64,000 nt of DNA, from the IMG/VR virus record IMGVR_UViG_3300011115_001056, positions 1-64,000 of that record; one strand, given 5' to 3'. Of the stretch, positions 59,001 through 64,000 are shown in pieces. Under the pieces are notes generated by a model. The model saw nothing but the letters and a program-made list of their open reading frames with translations, was not told the origin of the DNA and ran no database searches. The DNA is from a virus. Positions within the stretch are counted from its first letter, which is position 1; each line of letters opens with the position of its first letter. The translations under genes were made by a program, and so were the position numbers.

Positions 59001-59567
59001 GGTCCAGTATTTACAGGAGCCAGAGAATACGCCGCAGGAATAGGTGATGCAGCAACAGTTACTATTGGAAATCTAGCAATCGTTGAGATTATTCCTAGAG
59101 ACAGTTATGACAATCTTATTTATTATGATCTTTCCTCAAAGATAAGAATTGAAATTATTTCTGACTCTACAGAGAGTGCAGAAATTAAATTATCACCTAC
59201 CGATGCTAATGATCAAAATTATTTAGTTTATAATGAAGTAACAAAATCTTATACTGCCAGCATAATTGCAAAAAATCCTGGAGAAGTAAAGATTAAGGCC
59301 TCAATCTGTAATAACCCAATCCAGGCACTAACCTATAGCGATCTTTTGGTTGATGATGGATCTGGAGAGGTTGGCTGCGTTCCTGACTCCAACAATACAG
59401 CTCCTGATTCTGGAAACAACCCCCTTGGTGCCCTTGCCAGAATAAATAGGGTTCTAACGATTACATTTGTTTCTCCAGAATTGGTACAAACAATAATAAC
59501 TGACTTTGGAATGGGCGACACCATAATTACTCAGCCGCAACTATTTGGAACTAATCTGGAGAATTAA
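53064..59567 (+). CDS. Giant (2167 aa) baseplate-region protein
   Basis: Uninterrupted ORF; IPT/Ig-like segments; hydrophobic Cys-containing block at 57123-57620. Confidence 0.6.
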   Translation: MSDIVPKISQNLFNSLVQIKEPSARYLIDPCVDVIKTDSAELAVLFPTTSDSTKKTVPAMGGSIVKISLGSTTKTDEEKRKYAAYLERINDKELSLFNSETIEKMEKESTSSLRVNISRLFIEAISSDLNIDGIPNLYLSSTIEEVALLDKKTDYYGVIRKNAKFAFIPIEAITEVLKDISRTTLNGDPKRSTMGAWSGLSGRKYSSKDPSETDKNLGLYEIAVSTSPSDEDISCLIMDMLPFLNLSETEMLEDPVTPVLGGYFTIINDNIYLKMPDFSGVDSAGYSSDYITNSELNFLFQLVQKEKGIYSVKNIELKAYIPISADIIDYPEDYFLNSGEEFSITFSANEKPTNVFLSPAIEDNVKLKNSFFKGISASKSGSFIEFNPYPNPFVSIFDNDLIIKENSPVPSLSHASRIDQPYYNVSFSNLQKIRKEIDSKYNKSLDKVGAIGKYIQNISPDPKRKIIVTDDPKSFFSIGFPFDQDLLKSKESGGAAGQTLSAYEFSGNLSRQNLILHNGFPANSGDEESTGKSGNNSKYFKKNFIANSIGLCENYRPRVFTTPKNFIPSTWIKSTNIVAEGDSFIAKFSVADIKKFYSDTATNMKFVVYADDGHNQISKFENGYLSIVVEAPEIEVISPDGTRADATIIKCDNSSFSGSSLISIYTSSAQYIDSIKINGVEIKKGFDVFSGWEAVGSNIIFLFIPCISGINEGIAEIIISQGSVSSAPYKIYIANGFDTTIDTSEISDLPDTIAGISDFSADEVNSENLFITGPNYEIPICYNDPRAKIQIKSKKKIFKDGRIIYLYLAFESEDIAKKFSQNNVSLSNELWVAKDFSYELSNSLLSDFYRKSKKKAELFFPGNEHSTKPLSLLYSGISKAYLVLSTKSPSEFSITDNLGILQLGDSTHNAFFEPPLVVGMAASFYDGRSANHLDNFNSNEYKSIANKILKKETNISDLKISEINIFDKFKKLIVLFKYRELKKFKKKYFNLYIKSVKVSKSFSLEGIKKVSDLDLSPVEILDSKGLYYFVISNVNISTSEPADVRIDISDRDFSVKNSTQNKYIDYSLRISSSLISKSSSPDSQSVYINDSSQQIAAQKDGVGSLFGPYGSDKALTGFFINDFTGNILNFVTYSKVRVSSSISGKISAIKEPSSSDKVVDLLKYSDSNLISELPNSYLTITSGSEVYSNQYIEGSEDYLIFLRLQVSDICKIGVLTPKIIAISTNVLIPGDRIILTAENILETFVVEISGTQAKTVGINKISPTISEISIIVPEGVPNLVSIVECGWLIYNGNNVLNRGINELGKQMTDTLERAAAGALAEITNQFNGWKDKLLARPLKFIGTLMDRANIAKEFITSFCNFSFKIVCDLNINLQGFSQLLIPIKVLLCLIDVICNLFNPFQLPFAIIRLFECLYDLILLLPQISIPVMFFNLLIHLLDLLECLIVKILNLFIVINLFIDAIVAILANPENISFRDLMVLEELLLKYVVSVEADLELLAPVIQVIAIFLQLLQLTFRFPCSINPNSISAPCGIDGFEVGAMVSGMIAEKTGTEPHANYIFKKEYLIPISQPFTKIDSKIAIPPSYDNATEPVRGSIAFDGTDAVEGNLYDLSYFNSDSLRKKNSSFNPETDDIKDITTDTYISLSASYTKRRKTFESVQSVIFKFNTRTWKSAILPNIFDQQVIDETKGFDTPVVLLSKNSESLYVANSSSYGSFYSLLDGKEMMTTPIDGVASIVPLTLDIVQDGVTVQRIFNTIPSMLLLDEEFNVYVVNEGGIIFGEYKDLDGNIVTGITEIRATVINKQSSTPDAFDKEDEVIGTDPEADEDGVVPADAVPVTKSIFSLPQLYFVDTRVAAESIQAKCETSSINQIPLDLSGDGGIGEVEKMSGCLNDFLSSITSQTNQIKSDLSLGKVPSKVSEEKVSAAYGVLVSCTNDSINNICSIVVNPLNTSFFLLADDDETPILPDTSLSVEILSGFQASGPVFTGAREYAAGIGDAATVTIGNLAIVEIIPRDSYDNLIYYDLSSKIRIEIISDSTESAEIKLSPTDANDQNYLVYNEVTKSYTASIIAKNPGEVKIKASICNNPIQALTYSDLLVDDGSGEVGCVPDSNNTAPDSGNNPLGALARINRVLTITFVSPELVQTIITDFGMGDTIITQPQLFGTNLEN

Positions 59568-61540
59568 TGGCAACAACTGATCGAGATACAGGAAATCTAT
59601 TTGAAGGATTAATTAGTGGAGAAGACGAGGCAAAAAGTCTAGTAACTGCCTTTTCAAATAAAAATATACAGATTGTTAGCCCTACTGTTGCCGGACTTTT
59701 ATCTGGCTTTGATCTACCAACACTTAACAGCTTTAGGCTTAGTGGTTGTGATATTGATTTTGAAAGTAACATAATTACAAATACTGAGGGAATAAAGATT
59801 GATTTAAGCTCTGTATTAAATAACAACATTGATAATAAAGAATCAGAGTCAGCAAAAGAACCGGAATTTATTTTATCTTTAGTTTCTTTTTCTGAAAAAG
59901 TAAAAGAAATGAGATCATCTTTTTTACCATCTGAACTTTATAATGGGGCAACCAAAACATCTGAAAGTTTTAATAATATATCTGAATTGGAATCTTATGA
60001 AAATGCATTTATGAGAATGTTAGGTATGCCAGACGATAGAGATGTCGGAAGTAGTACTTCCTCTAGTGGAAGCGAAACTTTTGATTCTTCTATTAAAATA
60101 ATTTATGCAAGTCCAAAAGATACTAACGGTCAGCTTCTTAAAAAAATTGCTACAATTGGAGAGATAACCGGAGAAGTACCTCCTACTAGTGATCGATTTG
60201 CAGATATAATTGCAGAGAGACAGAGAATACCTAGTTCTAGTAGTGGCTGGGGAAGATATTTTGATTTTGGTAATGTATTAGTAACGGCCATTCAAAGTGA
60301 GGAATATGCTAAATCAACTAAAAAAAAGATTGAGGAGGCAGGGTCCGAAGGAACAGTCATTGCTCCTAAGGATATTGCATTAAATTATTACGAACCAAAC
60401 CATCTGCTTAGATTTTATTATTTAAAGTCTGTTCCAATTCAAAGCTCTAAAATTTATGCATGTGTTTCAGAAACTCAAAAAATAGTTTCAAAACCTTTTG
60501 ATGCTAGTTCTTTCTCAAAGATTAATGGAGCAAAACCAAAAACTAGTTTGCTTGAAACTATAATAAGACTTAGATTAGATAGGATTACTGGTTCTCCAGG
60601 AATATATTCAACCACCTCAAATGAAAAAGACACGAATGGAAGCAGTCCAGTTACAATTGTCTCTGCGGAAAATTTAGGTAATGATAACCTAACTCAAGTT
60701 GAATGCTTTCTTCTTCAAAAATTAAGAAAAATATTAATTGAGCTATCAAAAAAATATATTATAGATATAAAATTATCGGCTGAACGTCAGACCAGAGAAA
60801 TTGAAGAAAAAAAACCTCAAGATACCCCCCAAGGTGGTTCAGATAATAAAGATGTTGGAACTTTAAAATCAGAGTTATCTAATCTTGAAATATTAAAGGC
60901 AAGAGAGGATGCAATTTTATTCTTATTGAAAGACACATCCTCATCATATGACAATAGCAATTATGGTAGCCTCTATTCTTCTATGGATCTTCAGCAGGGA
61001 ACGATTAGGACATCTTCTGGATTTGATGACGCATTGTCTGGCCCACTGTATTCTATTCTTTCTCAAAGATCAGAATATCTTAGTAAGAAAATAAAAGAAT
61101 TAAGTGAATCAATTGATAAAGCAAGTGTCAGCTCATCCAATACTACTGATGCTGCTGGTATAGCTTCAAATGCAGAAAAGGGAGACAGAACTTCTTATTC
61201 TTATCTGGGAGTTTGTTCTGAAGATTTTATTATTTATACAATGGCACTACTCTCATTAAACCAGGACTATTTAATTGGACTTTTACCACAAAAAAATAGA
61301 GTTTATTTAGCAAGAGTAATCTCTAATTCATCATTAAGCTCCAAAAAAGATCCCTATGGAATAATAGGGAGGGTTAATAAATCTGTTGAGAGTGGAGGAT
61401 TTCCATCTGTTGCAGACTCAGTAAATGCCCTATCGCTTTTGGTTTGTAAATTTTACTCTCTCTATATTTCGCTTATTAAAGATGAGCAGAAAACAGTTGT
61501 TGAGAAAATAGCTGAAAGACGTGCGGCGTCAACAACCTAA
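59567..61540 (+). CDS. Hypothetical baseplate-region protein
   Basis: 657-aa ORF, GGAG RBS, TAATG coupling. Confidence 0.6.
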   Translation: MATTDRDTGNLFEGLISGEDEAKSLVTAFSNKNIQIVSPTVAGLLSGFDLPTLNSFRLSGCDIDFESNIITNTEGIKIDLSSVLNNNIDNKESESAKEPEFILSLVSFSEKVKEMRSSFLPSELYNGATKTSESFNNISELESYENAFMRMLGMPDDRDVGSSTSSSGSETFDSSIKIIYASPKDTNGQLLKKIATIGEITGEVPPTSDRFADIIAERQRIPSSSSGWGRYFDFGNVLVTAIQSEEYAKSTKKKIEEAGSEGTVIAPKDIALNYYEPNHLLRFYYLKSVPIQSSKIYACVSETQKIVSKPFDASSFSKINGAKPKTSLLETIIRLRLDRITGSPGIYSTTSNEKDTNGSSPVTIVSAENLGNDNLTQVECFLLQKLRKILIELSKKYIIDIKLSAERQTREIEEKKPQDTPQGGSDNKDVGTLKSELSNLEILKAREDAILFLLKDTSSSYDNSNYGSLYSSMDLQQGTIRTSSGFDDALSGPLYSILSQRSEYLSKKIKELSESIDKASVSSSNTTDAAGIASNAEKGDRTSYSYLGVCSEDFIIYTMALLSLNQDYLIGLLPQKNRVYLARVISNSSLSSKKDPYGIIGRVNKSVESGGFPSVADSVNALSLLVCKFYSLYISLIKDEQKTVVEKIAERRAASTT

Positions 61541-61554
61541 TAAAATAATTTAGC

Positions 61555-61561
61555 TATTAAT
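61555..61561 (+). promoter_or_regulatory. Candidate late promoter TATTAAT
   Basis: Upstream of gp25-like gene. Confidence 0.5.
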
Positions 61562-61577
61562 ATCTTTTAAAATAACG

Positions 61578-62009
61578 ATGTCATTTGATCTTAAAATAAA
61601 AAATGGTGATATAGTTCTTGATTCATCAGGACTGCTCTCCTCTGTTTCTGGAAATCAGAAAATTAGGCAGGATATTGTTAAAATATTACTTACGAAGTTT
61701 GGTGATAATAAATTTCATGTGAGATACGGCTCTGATATTGGAGCCTTAAAGATTGGCGAGGTTGCTGATCAAAAAATCATTGAAATGGATATAAAAAGAT
61801 CCGCCGAAGAAGCAATAAGATATCTTATTTCTTTGCAAAGATCTCAGGCAAGATTTCAATTTCTTTCTCTTTCTGAAGTAATTCTTGATATTTCTAATGT
61901 TGCAACCGAAAGAGATTCTGAAGATCCTAGACTATATAATATATTAATATCTGTTTTGACTCAAAAATTAGATATAATAGAGGAAGTTATTACTATTAGA
62001 ATAGTTTAA
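61578..62009 (+). CDS. Baseplate wedge subunit, gp25/GPW-like
   Basis: FDLKI.NGDI...G..KIRQDI.KILLT..G...FH..YGS...DPR...I.ISV.T. Confidence 0.8.
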   Translation: MSFDLKIKNGDIVLDSSGLLSSVSGNQKIRQDIVKILLTKFGDNKFHVRYGSDIGALKIGEVADQKIIEMDIKRSAEEAIRYLISLQRSQARFQFLSLSEVILDISNVATERDSEDPRLYNILISVLTQKLDIIEEVITIRIV

Positions 62010-62025
62010 TATGTGAGAGTTATAT

Positions 62026-64000
62026 ATGTCAACCTACAAATCTTTTAATGAAATAGTCTCCATAATGATGGAACAGCTAAAGCTTGTTCAACCAAACCTG
62101 GATACAAAGACAGGTACAGTTTCAAGAGATCTTTTTATAGATATTCCTGCAGATCAATTAGAAAAATTATATAAATTAATTTCTATAATATCTGACAAGC
62201 AATCTCCAGATACGGCGATTGCTTCTGATTTGGATCGTTATGCGGCAAACTACGGATTAACCAGAAGATATGGTTCTCCAGCGTTAGGCGTTGCAATTTT
62301 TACAATTAACTCAATTTTTTCAGATATTCAAATTCCAAATGGATCTATTGTGACCTCAAAATCAGGAGTCAACTTTAGGACTGTTGGAAATTATTTATTT
62401 TCATCTTCTGAAAAAGGAAGGCATGCTGCAACGGCATCGAGAATTAGAAAATCACTTCAAATAGCGGGTATAAGTGATAAGTATGCTATAGAAGTTCCAA
62501 TTCAAGCATCCAGGCCTGGATCCCCTGGAAATGTTAGCTCATATCAAATTACAAATCACAATTTAGACTTTGAAATAAAAGTAATAAATCTATCATCCTC
62601 TAGTGGTGGCTCTGATGGAGAATCAGACTCTCAATTCAGAACCAGAGTTTCTTCTTTATTTTCTGGAGCAAATACTGGAACTGCACTAGGTTATAAAAAT
62701 GCAGTTCTTAGTCTCAATGGAATATCAGATGCATTAGTTGTAGAGCCTGGAAACTCACTAATGCTTAGAGATGGAACAGAAATTATTGAAATTAATGATG
62801 GAACAAAAAGAATAATTTCTTCTGGTACCGGAGGAAAGGTAGATATATATGTTCTTGGCAGACAGCTGGTAGAGGTAGCAGAATCTTTTATCTTTACCGA
62901 CTCTTCTGGAGTTGGGGCCACAAATGATGAAAGAAATGACTATATTTTAGGCCAAGGAAGTTTGGACCAGACCTTAACATCAGAAGAAAGAAGACTCTCT
63001 GCAATATCGTCTGGAAATTTACCACTTCAGCCAGTATCCAATCTTGTCACTATCTCTGGAAGCTCATCGGGAGTCTTATCTCCAAAATTAACCTCTTCTA
63101 CTGGCATAGTATCTGGAAATTATGAACTAATAAAAGATACAAATCCAGATACTGGAGGTAGCCCATTCTGTTTTGACAAGATTCATTTTATCTCTGGAAG
63201 CAAGACAGTTAGTGCAGAGTCTATTGTAAAAAGATCTTTTAATGCCATCTCAAGACTAAATTATACTGATGTAAAAGACATTGATTCAATTTATTCAGAT
63301 ATTATAATTTCTTCTGAAAATTCAAATGTTTCCGTTGCCGACAAATCAATAATTTATACTCTACATAAGCCTATTTTGTCAGTATCTTCCATTCAAAATA
63401 AAACAACTGGAGAATATTATACCGTTGAGTTATTAGAAACCAATACAGACACAGGACTAAATGATTCCGGTACTTTTAAAATAAGTGGAAAAAATCTTCC
63501 AAATCAATCTGACATACTTTCCGTATCATATACTTGGCGAAAGTATTTTGATAAATATATTGATTATAATGGATACAGCTTAAGATCTAAAGACTCTGAA
63601 ACATCAATAGATTCTATTGATTGGGGATATTCTAATTTTATTAGAGAAGAATCTTCTACAATAGAAAGATCTGATGATGAAAATTCATATATAGTTAACA
63701 TCTCAAATGATATAAGCAGAATCTCATCATTATTTTTGCAGGTTGTTGAAACATCAACAATTCAATCCATAGTATTTGGGGCTGCACCTAAAAGCGCAAT
63801 TGTTATTACTTTAGCAGCAGAAATAACTAACATAAACAGAATCACAAATACACTAGGAATGGAAATATTTAATACATCAAAGTCTGATGGTTATTTTTCT
63901 GGCACAACAATAGTTCTTCCTTCTGACTCTCCAGCTATAGTTGGAGATTCTGTAATTGTTTATTTTAATAAAGTTGAGCTCTATAATATTGAAAATACCG
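62026..64000 (+). CDS. Baseplate J-like wedge protein (partial, runs off window; absent from ORF track)
   Basis: ATG 62026: MSTYKSFNEIV...QPNLDTKTGTVSRDLFID...DLDRYAANYGLTR...IPNGSIV...GGSDGESDSQFRTRV...GGKVDIYVLG. Confidence 0.85.
   Translation, partial: MSTYKSFNEIVSIMMEQLKLVQPNLDTKTGTVSRDLFIDIPADQLEKLYKLISIISDKQSPDTAIASDLDRYAANYGLTRRYGSPALGVAIFTINSIFSDIQIPNGSIVTSKSGVNFRTVGNYLFSSSEKGRHAATASRIRKSLQIAGISDKYAIEVPIQASRPGSPGNVSSYQITNHNLDFEIKVINLSSSSGGSDGESDSQFRTRVSSLFSGANTGTALGYKNAVLSLNGISDALVVEPGNSLMLRDGTEIIEINDGTKRIISSGTGGKVDIYVLGRQLVEVAESFIFTDSSGVGATNDERNDYILGQGSLDQTLTSEERRLSAISSGNLPLQPVSNLVTISGSSSGVLSPKLTSSTGIVSGNYELIKDTNPDTGGSPFCFDKIHFISGSKTVSAESIVKRSFNAISRLNYTDVKDIDSIYSDIIISSENSNVSVADKSIIYTLHKPILSVSSIQNKTTGEYYTVELLETNTDTGLNDSGTFKISGKNLPNQSDILSVSYTWRKYFDKYIDYNGYSLRSKDSETSIDSIDWGYSNFIREESSTIERSDDENSYIVNISNDISRISSLFLQVVETSTIQSIVFGAAPKSAIVITLAAEITNINRITNTLGMEIFNTSKSDGYFSGTTIVLPSDSPAIVGDSVIVYFNKVELYNIENT

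Noticed and set aside
62691-62921. Minus-strand 76-aa ORF near the window end
   Set aside because: Antisense to the baseplate J-like gene, which the track omitted because it has no stop inside the window
1-64000. Alternative genetic code (stop codon reassignment) as seen in some large phages
   Set aside because: Genes tile densely in code 11, and TAA, TAG and TGA all end genes at sensible boundaries
36894-64000. Extracellular contractile injection system or tailocin instead of a phage
   Set aside because: Capsid, prohead protease, decoration and neck genes are in the same co-oriented cluster

Overview
The window is the virion morphogenesis region of a large, AT-rich, contractile-tailed (myovirus-type, probably jumbo) bacteriophage using the standard genetic code. 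Almost all genes are on the + strand, in this order: putative internal head proteins, prohead protease/scaffold, two decoration-like paralogs, HK97-type major capsid protein, a lectin-like protein and a long 18-aa-repeat coiled-coil fibre, a minus-strand pair of DUF2827-like putative glycosyltransferases, neck proteins, two paralogous fibre/tailspike proteins, tail terminator, sheath, tube, frameshifting tail chaperone, tape measure, hub, spike, giant baseplate proteins, gp25-like and baseplate-J-like wedge (runs off the window). Two free-standing homing endonucleases (LAGLIDADG, HNH/NUMOD3) are inserted. No portal, terminase, tRNA, rRNA or CRISPR was seen. The best candidates for new biology are (1) a possible virion-fibre glycosylation system (41 repeats with an invariant Ser next to tandem DUF2827-like enzymes) and (2) a possible head-cargo addressing system (a recurring K-x-A cleavage motif plus a shared ~28-aa helical tag across unrelated head-region proteins). 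A recurring T-R-Y-T-A-A-T element is a candidate late promoter. All family assignments come from motif recognition and gene order by eye, not from database searches.
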